Assembly (NCBI GenBank): GCA_027488575.1
Contig: JAIYBJ010000032.1
Location: 12,390 to 76,389 of the forward strand
Length of the DNA stretch: 64,000 bases
Direction: 5' to 3'
From: Streptomycetaceae bacterium
GTDB lineage: Bacteria > Actinomycetota > Actinomycetes > Nanopelagicales > Nanopelagicaceae
The notes below the pieces were generated by a model. It saw only the letters and a list, made by a program, of their open reading frames with translations. It was not told the origin of the DNA and searched no databases. A program made the position numbers and the translations under genes. Below are positions 30,299 through 44,567 of the stretch, one piece after another. Every line of letters begins with the position of its first letter. Within the stretch, counting starts at the first letter, position 1.

Positions 30299-31453
30299 AA
30301 TTTCCTTTAGTACTGCAGCAGTCAATGCTTCGTTCTCTCCATTATCAGTTGGTTCATCACTTAACTTCACAATGACTACTTGATAATTAGGATCGGTATA
30401 CACATATTGACCGTGCAATCCAAGCAACATGGTTGTGCCCGGATATGGATGCCAGACTTGCGCGCCGTAGCCCCAATCACGATCTAGTTTTGTAACAGGA
30501 TTTGTTAAGCGCTTCATCCATGCAGGAGAGATAACTTCTTTGTCATTGATTTTGGCACCAACTGGGTTAAGCAGCATCTGGCCTACACGGGCATAATCTC
30601 TTGCTGCAGCATTAAAGCAGCAGAAGGTTTTCTCTTGTCCGCCCACGCGATCTACATTCCAATAAGCGTCGTACTCTGCACCAATTGGTTTCCAGACATT
30701 TTCTGAGAAGTAATCTGCAACTCTCATGCCGGTCAATTTCTTAATGACCATACCTAACAACTGAGTATCCACACTTCGGTATTCGGGATGAGTTCCTGGC
30801 TCTTGTGCCATCTTTCGATTGTTTTTCAAGAACCAATTTAGATCCGTTGAAGCGTACATCTGAGCTATTGCAACACCCCAACCTGAGGGACCTGATGGAT
30901 AGTTATCGCTCACACCAATCCCGCTCTCCATATCAAGGAGTTGCTGAATTGTTACATTGTCAAAACTTGTGCCACTTTTAAAGTCAGGCAAGATGCTTAC
31001 GAATGTGTCACTTTCCTTTAGTTTGCCTTGTGCAATCAGCTGGCCAATCATGATCGAAGTCATGGTTTTGGCGGCTGAATAGGACGGAAGTCGCGACTCT
31101 TTTGTTTTTCCGTTTAAATACTTTTCAAAAGTAATTTCACCATTTCGAATAATTAGAAAAGCATTTGTCTTGGTTTTAGTTAAAAATTCATCAAATGTAA
31201 TTTTTTGCCCATCCCATGTAACAGTGGTGGGATTTTCTGTATTGGCCACACTCCATGCCATTGATGGATTTGTGCTTGATTCAATCCAATGTCCCGGCAT
31301 TAAATCAGGCGTCTTTGAGGCCGGAGCTAAGCCCAACTTGATGGCTGCAATCGGCTCTGGATATCTGATTGCTTTGGTTAATCCAAAGAGCGCCAGGTAG
31401 AAAACGAATACGCCGATGACAATGTTTCGCAGGACCTTAATTAATGTAGACAC
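30284..31453 (-). CDS. Membrane-anchored serine hydrolase (beta-lactamase/AmpC-like family)
   Basis: SAAK (SxxK), YRS, LGLHGQY; N-terminal hydrophobic anchor. Confidence 0.87.
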   Translation of the reverse strand: MSTLIKVLRNIVIGVFVFYLALFGLTKAIRYPEPIAAIKLGLAPASKTPDLMPGHWIESSTNPSMAWSVANTENPTTVTWDGQKITFDEFLTKTKTNAFLIIRNGEITFEKYLNGKTKESRLPSYSAAKTMTSIMIGQLIAQGKLKESDTFVSILPDFKSGTSFDNVTIQQLLDMESGIGVSDNYPSGPSGWGVAIAQMYASTDLNWFLKNNRKMAQEPGTHPEYRSVDTQLLGMVIKKLTGMRVADYFSENVWKPIGAEYDAYWNVDRVGGQEKTFCCFNAAARDYARVGQMLLNPVGAKINDKEVISPAWMKRLTNPVTKLDRDWGYGAQVWHPYPGTTMLLGLHGQYVYTDPNYQVVIVKLSDEPTDNGENEALTAAVLKEISEQN

Positions 31454-31486
31454 GAGGTAAGGGTAACTCCCGTTAGGCTTAGCACT

Positions 31487-32755
31487 ATGGATGCCACGGC
31501 GATAGTTTCTGAGTTAGCGCTCAAGGCTCGTGCTGCGTCGCGTTCGCTTTCAACCGCCACAGGTGAGCAGAGATCACAAGTATTGCGTGAAATTGCAGAT
31601 GAAATTGATGCAGCATCAGATTACATTCTTGCTGCAAACGCCGAGGATATGGCGAGAGCAAAAACTGAGAATATGCATCCACAAATGCAGGATCGTTTAC
31701 TTTTAACCGCTGAGCGAATTAAGGGAATTTCCTCTGGCGTGCGACAAGTAGCTGCACTGGAAAATCCATTGGGCAGAGTAATTCGCGAAAAAGATTTGCC
31801 AAATGGCTTGCATCTCGAACAGCGCACTGTTCCATTCGGAGTTGTTGGGATGGTTTATGAAGCACGACCAAATGTGAGCGTGGACGCAGCGGTCATCCTG
31901 CTTGCATCTGGAAATGCGGCACTCTTACGCGGTTCATCATCTGCAGCGTCTAGCAATGCTGCGCTCCTCAAAGTAATGCGTGATGGGTTAGCAAAGACAT
32001 CGATTTCACCTGAAGTTATTCAGTTAGTTCCATCCGATGATCGCGCAACCGTTAAAGCTCTTCTGCATGCACGCGGTCTTGTGGATTTAGTTATTCCTCG
32101 GGGGAGTGCGTCATTGATTCGCATGGTTGTAGATGAAGCAACTGTTCCAACTATCGAAACCGGTGCTGGTGTCTGCCATGTCTACATTGATGAATTTGCC
32201 GATCTTTCGATTGCGCTTCCAATCATTATTAACTCCAAGACACATCGCCCAAGTGTGTGCAATGCCGCCGAAACTCTTTTGATTCATAGCAAAGTGGCTG
32301 AAAAGTTCATGCCTGTTGCATTACACGCACTCAAAGATGCTGGCGTGATTCTTCACTGCGACAAGCAAACCTTAGACATAGCAACTAAAAACAACATAGA
32401 GGCAACCCTTGCAACAGATGAGAATTGGTGCACCGAGTACGGTGTTTTAGAGATGAATGTTGGCATCGTCAATAGTGTCGACGAAGCAATTGACCACATT
32501 GCAAAGTTTGGAACAAAACACACTGAAGCAATAGTCACCGAGTCACGTGAAGTTTCAGATCGCTTCATTGCTCACTCAGATTGCGCGGCCGTCATGGTAA
32601 ATACATCAACACGATTTACAGATGGGGAACAGATGGGTTTCGGTGCTGAAATCGGAATCTCAAATCAAAAACTGCATGCACGTGGGCCAATGGGCTTAGA
32701 AGCTATGACTACTACTACGTGGATAGTTACTGGTACTGGCCAAATTCGCAGTTAG
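31487..32755 (+). CDS. proA: Gamma-glutamyl phosphate reductase
   Basis: YEARPNV, VCNAAET, FGAEIGISNQKLHARGPMG. Confidence 0.96.
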   Translation: MDATAIVSELALKARAASRSLSTATGEQRSQVLREIADEIDAASDYILAANAEDMARAKTENMHPQMQDRLLLTAERIKGISSGVRQVAALENPLGRVIREKDLPNGLHLEQRTVPFGVVGMVYEARPNVSVDAAVILLASGNAALLRGSSSAASSNAALLKVMRDGLAKTSISPEVIQLVPSDDRATVKALLHARGLVDLVIPRGSASLIRMVVDEATVPTIETGAGVCHVYIDEFADLSIALPIIINSKTHRPSVCNAAETLLIHSKVAEKFMPVALHALKDAGVILHCDKQTLDIATKNNIEATLATDENWCTEYGVLEMNVGIVNSVDEAIDHIAKFGTKHTEAIVTESREVSDRFIAHSDCAAVMVNTSTRFTDGEQMGFGAEIGISNQKLHARGPMGLEAMTTTTWIVTGTGQIRS

Positions 32756-32780
32756 GCCCGCAATTAATTAGACTGCTCAC

Positions 32781-33080
32781 ATGAGTTCACTTTCCCGCGA
32801 TGATGTCGCTAATTTGGCGCGATTGGCTCGCATTGAGATGACGGATCAAGAACTCGAAAATCTAACAACCGAGTTCGGCGTAATTCTTAACGCAGTTGCA
32901 CGAGTTCAAGAAGTAGCAACAACTGATGTACCCGCAACATCGCACCCACTTGCACTCACAAATATTTTCAGAACTGATGTAGTTATTCCCAGCTTGACTC
33001 CCGAAGAAGCACTCTCTGGAGCACCTGCAAGCGAAGAACAACGCTTCCGTGTTCCTCAGATCCTTGGCGAAGAAGCATGA
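32781..33080 (+). CDS. gatC: Asp/Glu-tRNA amidotransferase subunit C
   Basis: LARLARI...F.VPQIL; first gene of gatCAB. Confidence 0.94.
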   Translation: MSSLSRDDVANLARLARIEMTDQELENLTTEFGVILNAVARVQEVATTDVPATSHPLALTNIFRTDVVIPSLTPEEALSGAPASEEQRFRVPQILGEEA

Positions 33081-34573
33081 TTAAAAATTCAGCAGCCGAG
33101 ATGGCGCAATCACTTGCAAGTGGTGCAACGACATCTGTTGCTTTAACTCAAGCACACCTCGATCGAATTGCTGATGTAGATTCAAAAGTTCGTGCTTTCT
33201 TGCATGTTGATACAGAGGGCGCGCTAAAGCAAGCAGCCGATGCTGATGCTGCTCGTGCTCGTGGAGAAAAGTTAAGTCCACTCGCAGGAGTGCCGCTTGC
33301 ATTAAAAGATGTCCTGGTTCAAAAAGATGTACCGACTACATGTGGATCAAAGATTCTCGAAGGTTGGCGTCCTCCATATGACTCAACAGTCGTTTCAAAG
33401 TTAAAGAACGCCGGCGTAGTCATTCTTGGAAAAACAAATATGGATGAGTTTGCGATGGGTTCATCGACAGAAAACTCTGCATACGGTCCAACACATAATC
33501 CATGGGATCTCACTCGTATTCCTGGTGGATCAGGTGGTGGATCCTCAGCCGCACTCGCAGCATTTGAAGCACCATTAGCAATCGGAACAGATACTGGTGG
33601 TTCTATTCGCCAACCGGCAGCAGTTACCGGAACAGTTGGAGTAAAGCCAACATACGGCGGAGTTTCACGTTACGGATTGGTTGCGTTCTCATCATCTCTT
33701 GATCAAGCAGGACCATGTGCGCGAACTGTTTTGGATACAGCGTTGCTACATGAAGTAATCGCTGGTCATGATCCAAAAGATTCAACGAGCATTAACGCAC
33801 CGGTTCCACAAGTTGTAGCTGCAGCAAAGAGTGGTGACGTCAAAGGAATGAAGATTGGTGTTGTCAAAGAATTAAACGGTGATGGATACCAATCTGGAGT
33901 TCGTCAACGCTTTGAAGAATCCCTCGAATTACTTGCTCAAGCAGGGGCTGAGATTGTTGAAGTATCAGCTCCTAACTTTGAATATGCGCTAGCCGCTTAT
34001 TACTTGATTGCTCCATCCGAGGCTTCTTCTAACTTGGCGCGCTTTGATGCAATGCGTTATGGACTTCGGGTCGGTGATGCTGATGGTGCTTCAGCGGAAT
34101 CAGTAATGAATATGACGCGCGAAGTTGGTTTTGGTCGCGAAGTTAAGCGCCGTATCTTGCTTGGCACTTATGCGCTTTCATCTGGTTATTACGATGCTTA
34201 TTACGGCAGTGCGCAAAAAGTTCGTACGCTCATCACTCAAGATTTCAATAACGCTTTTGCCAAGTGTGACGTCATGGTTTCGCCAACATGTCCTACGACA
34301 GCATTTAAAATCGGTGAAAAAACTAATGATCCGCTGGCAATGTATCTCAATGACATTGCAACAATTCCTGTGAATATGGCAGGTATTGGTGGAATGAGCC
34401 TTCCTTGTGGTGTTGCCCCTGAAGATGGTTTGCCAGTTGGTTTCCAAATCATGTCACCAGTGATGCAAGATCAAAGAATGTATTCAGTGGGTGCAGCGCT
34501 TGAAGCGGCTTTGCTCAGCAAGTGGGGCGCGCCATTGCTTTCCCAAGCTCCTTCACTAGGTGGTGCAGCATGA
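33077..34573 (+). CDS. gatA: Asp/Glu-tRNA amidotransferase subunit A
   Basis: [29 protein letters not shown] amidase signature. Confidence 0.96.
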   Translation: MIKNSAAEMAQSLASGATTSVALTQAHLDRIADVDSKVRAFLHVDTEGALKQAADADAARARGEKLSPLAGVPLALKDVLVQKDVPTTCGSKILEGWRPPYDSTVVSKLKNAGVVILGKTNMDEFAMGSSTENSAYGPTHNPWDLTRIPGGSGGGSSAALAAFEAPLAIGTDTGGSIRQPAAVTGTVGVKPTYGGVSRYGLVAFSSSLDQAGPCARTVLDTALLHEVIAGHDPKDSTSINAPVPQVVAAAKSGDVKGMKIGVVKELNGDGYQSGVRQRFEESLELLAQAGAEIVEVSAPNFEYALAAYYLIAPSEASSNLARFDAMRYGLRVGDADGASAESVMNMTREVGFGREVKRRILLGTYALSSGYYDAYYGSAQKVRTLITQDFNNAFAKCDVMVSPTCPTTAFKIGEKTNDPLAMYLNDIATIPVNMAGIGGMSLPCGVAPEDGLPVGFQIMSPVMQDQRMYSVGAALEAALLSKWGAPLLSQAPSLGGAA

Positions 34574-36081
34574 GTGCATTGACGTATGAAGATGTAATTT
34601 CAAAGTACGAACCAGTTCTGGGTCTCGAAGTACACGTTGAGTTAAATACAAATTCAAAGATGTTCTGTGGCTGCAGCACAGTTTTCGGTGCAGAACCAAA
34701 TACGCAAACTTGTCCAGTTTGCTTAGCTCTTCCTGGCGCGCTCCCTGTTGTCAATGAAAAGGCAATTGAATCTACAATTTTGATTGGTTTGGCTCTTAAT
34801 TGTTCAATCGCTCCGTTTAGTCGCTTCGCGCGTAAAAATTACTTCTACCCAGATATGCCTAAGAATTTCCAAATTTCACAGTATGACGAACCAATCTGCG
34901 TAGATGGTTATGTGGACGTTGAGATCGAGACAGATGAAGGACCTAAGAGTTTCCGAATTGAAATCGAACGCGTTCATATGGAAGAAGACACCGGTAAGTC
35001 ACTTCACGTAGGTGGTTCAACAGGTCGTATTCACGGAGCAGATTATTCGCTTCTTGATTACAACCGTGCAGGTATTCCACTAGTTGAAATTGTTACCAAA
35101 ATTGTTCCCGGAACGGGTAAGTACGCGCCAGAAGTTGCAAAGGCTTACGTTGCAGAGTTGCGAGATATTTTACGAGCTTTAGGCGTTAGCGATGTAAAGA
35201 TGGAACAAGGTTCCTTGCGCTGTGATGCCAACGTTTCATTACGCTTAATTGGCTCAGATGTTTTGGGTACACGCAGTGAAACAAAGAACGTCAACTCTCT
35301 TCGATCTGTAGAACGCGCTGTGCGCGGAGAAATGATTCGCCACGCAGAACGCCTAAACAAGGGTGAAAAAGTTGTGCAAGAGACTCGTCACTTCCAAGAA
35401 GACACGGGATTAACTCGCTCTGGTCGCTCCAAGGAACAAGCTGAGGATTATCGTTATTTCCCAGAACCAGATTTAGTTCCAGTAGCACCAGATGCACAAT
35501 GGATTGAAAAATTGCGTGCATCGCTACCTGAGCGACCATCGCTTCGCCGTAAACGTCTACAAGAGCAATGGTCTGTGCCAGATAAAGAGATGGCAGCGAT
35601 GATCAATGCTGATGTTCTAAACATTGTCGAAGAAACAGTTTTACTTGGTGCAGATCCAACAAAGGCTCGTTCTTGGTGGCTTGGTGAAATTTCTCGCTTA
35701 GCTAATGAAAAAGAAGTCGCAATTTCAGGGTTAGCAATTAGCGCTAAAGATGTTGCAGACATTGTTGCACTCGTTGCACAGGGTGAACTTACAGACAAGC
35801 TTGCAAGAGGCGTTGTCGAAGGAGTTATCGCAGGAGAAGGAACTCCTGCAGAAGTTATTGCCTCACGCGGAATTAAAGTTGTTAACGATGATGGCGCACT
35901 TATGGCTGCGATTGAAAAAGTTTGCTCAGAACAATCTGAAACAGCAGATAAAGTTCGAAATGGTCATTTGCCTGCAGCAGGTGCGCTCATTGGTGCTGTT
36001 ATGAAAGAAACAAAGGGCCAAGCAGATGCTGCTCGCGTGCGAGAGCTTCTACTTGGCCACCTTGGTCAAGCTGCTAATTAA
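34570..36081 (+). CDS. gatB: Asp/Glu-tRNA amidotransferase subunit B
   Basis: [32 protein letters not shown]; ATG 34570 overlaps the gatA stop. Confidence 0.96.
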   Translation: MSALTYEDVISKYEPVLGLEVHVELNTNSKMFCGCSTVFGAEPNTQTCPVCLALPGALPVVNEKAIESTILIGLALNCSIAPFSRFARKNYFYPDMPKNFQISQYDEPICVDGYVDVEIETDEGPKSFRIEIERVHMEEDTGKSLHVGGSTGRIHGADYSLLDYNRAGIPLVEIVTKIVPGTGKYAPEVAKAYVAELRDILRALGVSDVKMEQGSLRCDANVSLRLIGSDVLGTRSETKNVNSLRSVERAVRGEMIRHAERLNKGEKVVQETRHFQEDTGLTRSGRSKEQAEDYRYFPEPDLVPVAPDAQWIEKLRASLPERPSLRRKRLQEQWSVPDKEMAAMINADVLNIVEETVLLGADPTKARSWWLGEISRLANEKEVAISGLAISAKDVADIVALVAQGELTDKLARGVVEGVIAGEGTPAEVIASRGIKVVNDDGALMAAIEKVCSEQSETADKVRNGHLPAAGALIGAVMKETKGQADAARVRELLLGHLGQAAN

Positions 36082-37536
36082 TTAATGCAGGCCAGCGCCT
36101 TCTGTTTCAACAACTGCTTCTTTTCCAATATTGATAAAGAAGAAGAGAACAACCGCGCCAACTAACAAGAGTGCAGAACTCACTGTGAATGCCACAGTAA
36201 AGCCATGAGTAATTCCAAATGTTGGAGCCTTATCCGGATTACTTGCCATATAAGAAGTAGCAGCTGTTGCAGCAACAGTGTTAAGAAGCGCTGTTCCAAG
36301 GGAACCGCCAACTTGCTGGCTAGTGTTAAGTAGCGCACTTGCCACACCTGCATCGCGGTTACCAACGCCGTGAAGTGATGTGGTTGATAACGGAATGAAG
36401 ACAAGTGCCATACCGCTAGACATGATCAATAGTGAAGGCAGTACGTGAGTGACGTATGAAGTTTCTGGCGTAATTTGTGTCAGCAGCAGCAAACCAACTG
36501 CTGCAGCAACTAAGCCAGGAACCATCAATCGCTTTGGCCCAACCTTTGGCAGTAATTGTGAGGCAATGCCCGCAAAGACGATGATTCCTGCAGTAAATGG
36601 CAAGAATGCAAAACCAGAACGAAGTGGCGTGTAGCCAAGAACTGTTTGCAAGTACAAGCCCAAGAAGAGGAACATCGAAAATAGTCCAGCACCAACAACT
36701 AGTGATCCAAGGTATGAACCGCCACGGTTACGTTCGGTGACAACACGCATTGGCATCAATGGATTAGCAACCTTAGTTTCGATCACAACAAATGCAGCAA
36801 GGAGAACCAAGGCGACACCTAAGAATGAGAGAGTCGTTGTATCTGACCAACCCTTTGTGGCTGCTTCATTAAATCCATAAACAAGTGCAAACAAACCAGC
36901 GGATGCAGTAAATACACCTGGCAAGTCATAACTGTGATCGCCGCCAGCTTTTGATTCGTGTACATACTTAATAGCAAGTAGCGCAGCAGCAATAGCGATT
37001 GGAGTGTTGACGCCAAGGCACCAGCGCCATGAGAAGTATTCAGTTAGCGCTCCACCCAGAATTAATCCGATTGCAGCACCGCCACCTGAGATTGCGCCAT
37101 ATACACCGAATGCACGTGCCCGCTCTTTTGGATCGGTAAATGTAACGCTAACGATTGAAAGCGCGGCAGGAGCGAGAAGTGCACCGAAGACTCCTTGCAA
37201 TGCACGAGATGCGAATAGCAGTTCTTGATTATGTGCAATGCCACCAAGTGCTGATGCGCCAGCAAAGCCAAGGAGACCTATGATGAAAATCTTCTTTCGA
37301 CCTACGAAGTCAGCGATACGTCCGCCCAAAAGTAAGAGTGAACCGAAAGCGAGTGTGTAGGCAGTAATAACCCATTGTTGATTCGCATCGGTTATTCCAA
37401 GGTCAGCCTTTGCACTGGGTATAGCAATGTTTACGATTGAGCTATCTAGTACAACCATTAATTGAGCAATAGCGATAACGAGAAGTGTGCGCCAGCGATC
37501 TGGTGCCTGGCCTGCTGGGTAGTTTGGGTTGGTCAC
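36082..37536 (-). CDS. MFS transporter, DHA2/EmrB-QacA type (14 TM)
   Basis: QLMVVLDSSIVNIA, GGRIADFVGRK, WRWCLGVNTP, QQVGGSLG. Confidence 0.92.
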   Translation of the reverse strand: MTNPNYPAGQAPDRWRTLLVIAIAQLMVVLDSSIVNIAIPSAKADLGITDANQQWVITAYTLAFGSLLLLGGRIADFVGRKKIFIIGLLGFAGASALGGIAHNQELLFASRALQGVFGALLAPAALSIVSVTFTDPKERARAFGVYGAISGGGAAIGLILGGALTEYFSWRWCLGVNTPIAIAAALLAIKYVHESKAGGDHSYDLPGVFTASAGLFALVYGFNEAATKGWSDTTTLSFLGVALVLLAAFVVIETKVANPLMPMRVVTERNRGGSYLGSLVVGAGLFSMFLFLGLYLQTVLGYTPLRSGFAFLPFTAGIIVFAGIASQLLPKVGPKRLMVPGLVAAAVGLLLLTQITPETSYVTHVLPSLLIMSSGMALVFIPLSTTSLHGVGNRDAGVASALLNTSQQVGGSLGTALLNTVAATAATSYMASNPDKAPTFGITHGFTVAFTVSSALLLVGAVVLFFFINIGKEAVVETEGAGLH

Positions 37537-37591
37537 GCAAAAGCTCCAATTCAGATTAAATTAATTGTTCGTTAGAGGATAGAATTCTCTC

Positions 37592-39265
37592 ATGCCTAAC
37601 ATGAAACCCCGGTCAGGGGTCGTCACCGATGGACTCGAACGAGCACCTGCGCGTGGAATGTTGCGCGCAGTTGGTATGGGTGATGAAGATTGGGTTAAGC
37701 CACAAATTGGTATTGCATCTTCATGGAATGAAATCACCCCATGCAATATGTCACTTGATCGATTAGCAAAAGCTTCGAAAGAAGGAGTATATGCAGCTGG
37801 TGGCTTTCCCATGCAGTTTGGAACTATTTCAGTTTCTGATGGAATTTCAATGGGCCATGAAGGAATGCACTTCTCACTAGTGTCACGCGAAATCATTGCA
37901 GATTCAGTTGAAACCGTAATGAATGCAGAACGATTTGATGGAATGGTTACTTTTGCCGGTTGTGACAAATCACTACCCGGAATGATGATGGCAGCCGCTC
38001 GTTTGGATGTTGCAAGTGTTTTTGTTTATGCAGGTTCAACATTGCCCGGCCAAGTCGATGGCAAAGATGTAACGATTATTGATGCATTTGAAGCTGTTGG
38101 TGCATGTGCGCGCGGTTTGATTACAAAAGATCGGGTTGATCAAATCGAACGTGCAATTTGTCCGGGTGAAGGTGCTTGTGGCGGTATGTACACCGCAAAC
38201 ACAATGGCAGCAATGGGTGAGGCACTCGGTCTGTCATTACCTGGGTCTGCAGCTCCTCCCGCTGTCGATCGCCGCAGAGATGCGTATGCGATTAAATCAG
38301 GTGAAGCGGTAGTTAATTTGATTCGCTTAGGTATTACCACAAGGCAAATCTTGACGAAAAAAGCCTTTGAAAACGCCATCACAATTTTGATGGCACTTGG
38401 TGGTTCAACGAATGCAGTCCTTCATTTATTGGCTATTGCACATGAGGCTGAAGTTGATTTAACCCTCGATGATTTCCATCGCATCGGATCTAAAGTTCCA
38501 TTACTTGGCGACCTAAAGCCATTTGGTAAATTTGTTATGACAGATCTAGATCGCGTAGGCGGAATTCCAGTAGTACTCAAGATTTTGTTAGATGCCGGGT
38601 ATCTTCATGGCGATACATTGACCGTGACTGGAAAAACAATGGCTGAAAACTTAGCTGACATTAATCCACCATTTCCTGATGGAGTGGTTGTACACCCAAC
38701 CAGCACTCCGCTATCGAAAGATATTGGAATCACAATTCTTGGTGGCTCGCTTGCTCCAGAAGGCGCAGTATGTAAAACCGCTGGAATTGGAATCGACTCT
38801 TTTGAAGGTCCCGCACGTGTTTTTGATCGCGAGCAAGCCGCAATGGATGCAGTAGAAGATGGAACAATTAAAGCTGGCGATGTAGTTGTAATTCGCTACG
38901 AAGGTCCAAAGGGTGGACCTGGAATGCGCGAAATGCTTATGGTTACAGGTGCGATTAAAGGAGCTGGATTAGGTAAATCAGTTTTACTTTTAACTGATGG
39001 ACGATTCTCTGGTGGTTCAACAGGTTTATGTGTTGGCCACATTGCACCAGAAGCAGTCGATAGCGGACCAATTGCATTCATCAAAGATGGTGATCGCATC
39101 AAAATCGATACGGTTAATCGCACATTAGATTTGTTGGTTGATGCCGCCGAACTTGAAAAGCGCAGAGTTGGTTGGAAGCCATTGCCACACAAATTCAGCC
39201 GTGGCGTCTTAGCGAAATACTGCAAAGTTGTCGGATCAGCCTCGATTGGCGCTGTCTGCGGCTAA
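37592..39265 (+). CDS. ilvD: Dihydroxy-acid dehydratase
   Basis: [40 protein letters not shown]. Confidence 0.97.
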   Translation: MPNMKPRSGVVTDGLERAPARGMLRAVGMGDEDWVKPQIGIASSWNEITPCNMSLDRLAKASKEGVYAAGGFPMQFGTISVSDGISMGHEGMHFSLVSREIIADSVETVMNAERFDGMVTFAGCDKSLPGMMMAAARLDVASVFVYAGSTLPGQVDGKDVTIIDAFEAVGACARGLITKDRVDQIERAICPGEGACGGMYTANTMAAMGEALGLSLPGSAAPPAVDRRRDAYAIKSGEAVVNLIRLGITTRQILTKKAFENAITILMALGGSTNAVLHLLAIAHEAEVDLTLDDFHRIGSKVPLLGDLKPFGKFVMTDLDRVGGIPVVLKILLDAGYLHGDTLTVTGKTMAENLADINPPFPDGVVVHPTSTPLSKDIGITILGGSLAPEGAVCKTAGIGIDSFEGPARVFDREQAAMDAVEDGTIKAGDVVVIRYEGPKGGPGMREMLMVTGAIKGAGLGKSVLLLTDGRFSGGSTGLCVGHIAPEAVDSGPIAFIKDGDRIKIDTVNRTLDLLVDAAELEKRRVGWKPLPHKFSRGVLAKYCKVVGSASIGAVCG

Positions 39266-39299
39266 CTCCGCTCAAATTCCGAGATGTTTCAACCTGGGG

Positions 39300-39329
39300 T
39301 TGACGCTTCGAGCCTATCTATTGGAGAAT
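39300..39329 (+). promoter_or_regulatory. sigmaA-type promoter of the ilvBNC leader
   Basis: TTGACG-N18-GAGAAT; predicted +1 at or near the leader-peptide ATG (39336). Confidence 0.65.
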
Positions 39330-39335
39330 AAGGAC

Positions 39336-39374
39336 ATGTCAACAAAGACAATCCGCTTCGTGGTGGTGATTTAA
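39336..39374 (+). CDS. ilvB operon leader peptide MSTKTIRFVVVI (not in the ORF track)
   Basis: ATG TCA ACA AAG ACA ATC CGC TTC GTG GTG GTG ATT TAA; run of Val/Ile codons upstream of a terminator and ilvB. Confidence 0.85.
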   Translation: MSTKTIRFVVVI

Positions 39375-39375
39375 A

Positions 39376-39432
39376 AGCGCGTGATCTAGCAAAATGATCG
39401 CGCGCTACCCTCAGTTGATCTGAGGGTTTTTT
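39376..39432 (+). terminator. Attenuator hairpins: AGCGCGTGATC/GATCGCGCGCT and terminator ACCCTCAG-TTGAT-CTGAGGGT-T5
   Basis: Inverted repeats read directly; T-tract follows; lies between the leader peptide and ilvB. Confidence 0.85.
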
Positions 39433-39479
39433 ACTTTATCGAAGCTGACGCAATTTACTAGTAAGAAAGGAACGACAGA

Positions 39480-41230
39480 GTGAGTACACCGAATGGCACA
39501 TCAATGAGTGGCGCAACGAGTTTGGTTAAATCACTTGAAGCCGCAGGCGTCGACGTTATGTTCGGCATTCCTGGTGGCGCAATTCTTCCTGCTTACGATC
39601 CAATCTTTGATTCATCTATTAGACATATATTGGTACGGCACGAACAAGGTGCCGGTCATGCGGCAACTGGATATGCACAAGTTTCAGGTCGCGCTGGTGT
39701 TTGCATTGCAACATCGGGTCCAGGTGCAACCAACTTGGTTACCCCACTTGCAGATGCAGCGATGGATTCAGTCCCACTCGTTGCAATTACTGGACAGGTT
39801 CCAAGTGCAGCAATCGGAACCGATGCATTCCAAGAAGCAGACATTCGCGGAATCACAATGCCATTTACTAAACATAACTACTTAGTAACTGATCCTGCCG
39901 ATATCCCACGCGTGATTGCAGAAGCGTTTCATATTGCTACAAGTGGCCGTCCTGGTCCTGTACTCGTAGATGTTGCGAAAGATGCTCTTCAAAAAGAGAC
40001 AGTTTTTAATTGGCCGACTTCTGTTTCACTCAAGGGTTACCAACCAACAATTGCACCAAATGCACAATCAATCTCTGATGCTGCAGCGCTGATTACACAA
40101 TCGCATCGACCAGTTTTTTACGTTGGTGGCGGAATCATTAAGGCAAACGCGGCAAAAGAATTACGCGAAATCGCTGAATTACTAGGCGCACCAGTTGTCA
40201 CAACGTTGATGGCACTTGGTTCATTTCCGCATAGTCATCCCTTGCATATGGGCATGCCTGGTATGCATGGATCTGTTGCTGCAGTTACAGCTCTCCAGAA
40301 GTCAGATTTGTTAATCACTCTTGGTGCCCGATTTGATGATCGCGTAACAGGAAAACTTTCAACATTTGCAGTAAATGCAAAGGTAATTCACTGCGATGTA
40401 GATCCTGCCGAAATTGGAAAGAATCGATTTGCCGATGTTCCAGTTATCGGAGATTTGAAGCACACCTTAATCGCTTTGATTCCCGCTCTTAAAGCTGCAC
40501 TTGCAAAGAATCGCCCAGATTTATCAACGTGGATACGTCAAGTCAATAACTTGAAGAGCACATATCCATTGGGTTATGACAAGCCATCAGATGGTTCAGT
40601 CTCTCCTCAGTACGTCATCGAGCGCATTGCAAAACTCTCGGCACCAGACAGTATTTATGTTGCAGGTGTTGGCCAACATCAAATGTGGGCGGCGCAATTT
40701 GTTCCTTACGAACTTCCACGGACATGGCTTAACTCCGGCGGACTCGGAACAATGGGTTATTCCGTTCCTGCTGCGATGGGTGCAAAAGTTGCGGCGCCAG
40801 ATACAACTGTGTGGTCTATTGATGGCGATGGTTGTTTCCAGATGACGAACCAAGAACTTGTTACATGCGCACTCAATAACATTCCAATCAAGGTCGCAAT
40901 CATCAATAACGAAAGCCTCGGAATGGTTCGCCAATGGCAGACACTGTTCTATGAAGGCCGTTATTCAAATACAAACCTTGAATCAAAGCGCGTGCCTGAT
41001 TTTCCAAAGCTTGCTGATGCAATGGGTTGCGTCGGATTAAGTTGTGATCGCCCAGAAGATGTTGATAAGACTATTGAAAAGGCGTTAGCAATAAACGATC
41101 AACCAGTTGTAGTTGATTTCAGAGTTCATCGCGATGCAATGGTGTGGCCAATGGTTGCTGCCGGAACATCCAATGATGACATCATGATCGCGCGCGAAAT
41201 GGCGCCCGACTGGGATTCACAGGAGCTCTA

Positions 41231-41231
<1 letters not shown>
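39480..41231 (+). CDS. ilvB: Acetolactate synthase large subunit
   Basis: [46 protein letters not shown] motif. Confidence 0.97.
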
Positions 41232-43516
<2,285 letters not shown>

Positions 43517-43525
43517 GGAAAAACA

Positions 43526-44563
43526 ATGACAAAGAATTTTAATTTAGCTGTTATCGCCGGCGATGGCATTGGTCCTGAAGTAGTTGCAGAAGGAATCAAA
43601 GTTCTAGACGCTGTTGCCAAGAAGTACGGCGCAACCTTTACAAAGACTCCTTATGACTTAGGTGCTGGGTATTGGCATAAAACCGGCGAAGTTTTGCCAG
43701 ATTCAGTTCTCAATGAGATTGCTAAATCTGATGTAATCCTTCTTGGAGCCGTTGGGGACCCAACTGTTCCGAGCGGCGTCTTAGAGCGTGGCTTGTTGTT
43801 GAAGTTGAGATTCGCTTTTGATCATTACATTAATTTGCGTCCAGCACGTCTAATGCCTGGCGTCATTTCTCCACTTGCAACAAAGCAACCAATTGATTTC
43901 ATTGTGGTTCGTGAAGGTACAGAAGGTCCTTACGTTGGTGCTGGCGGAGTTCTTGCAGAAGGAACGGAAGCTGAAATTGCAACGGAGGAGAGTCTCAATA
44001 CTCGCCGCGGTGCAGAGCGAGTAATTCGTGATGCTTTTAGTCGCGCAATGCTTCGCGATCGCAAAAAACTTACATTGGTTCACAAAAATAACGTTTTAAC
44101 TCGTGCGGGTGGATTGTGGACACGTACATTTAATGAAGTTGCTAAAGAGTTCCCACAGGTCACTACAGATTATTTACACGTTGATGCTGCGTCTATGTTC
44201 TTTGTTACTAATCCAGAACGCTTCGACGTAGTTGTCACAGATAACTTATTCGGAGATATCTTGACTGATATTGCCGCGGCAATTTGTGGAGGCATCGGTC
44301 TTGCTGCCTCTGGAAACATCAATCCAACTGGCAAGTTCCCATCAATGTTCGAACCGGTACACGGTTCGGCGCCTGACATTGCTGGAAAGAATATTGCTGA
44401 TCCAACAGCCACAGTCATGTCAGTTGCGATGATGCTCGAGCATTTAGGACTTTCTGATGCTGCTCGTGATGTTCAGCGAGCTGTTGCTGCAGATCTAGCA
44501 ACACGTGGGGATAAAAAACGCAGCACAAGCGAAGTAGGAGATGCGCTCGTAGCAGCGCTTTAA
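43526..44563 (+). CDS. leuB: 3-isopropylmalate dehydrogenase
   Basis: [31 protein letters not shown]. Confidence 0.96.
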   Translation: MTKNFNLAVIAGDGIGPEVVAEGIKVLDAVAKKYGATFTKTPYDLGAGYWHKTGEVLPDSVLNEIAKSDVILLGAVGDPTVPSGVLERGLLLKLRFAFDHYINLRPARLMPGVISPLATKQPIDFIVVREGTEGPYVGAGGVLAEGTEAEIATEESLNTRRGAERVIRDAFSRAMLRDRKKLTLVHKNNVLTRAGGLWTRTFNEVAKEFPQVTTDYLHVDAASMFFVTNPERFDVVVTDNLFGDILTDIAAAICGGIGLAASGNINPTGKFPSMFEPVHGSAPDIAGKNIADPTATVMSVAMMLEHLGLSDAARDVQRAVAADLATRGDKKRSTSEVGDALVAAL

Positions 44564-44567
44564 ATCC

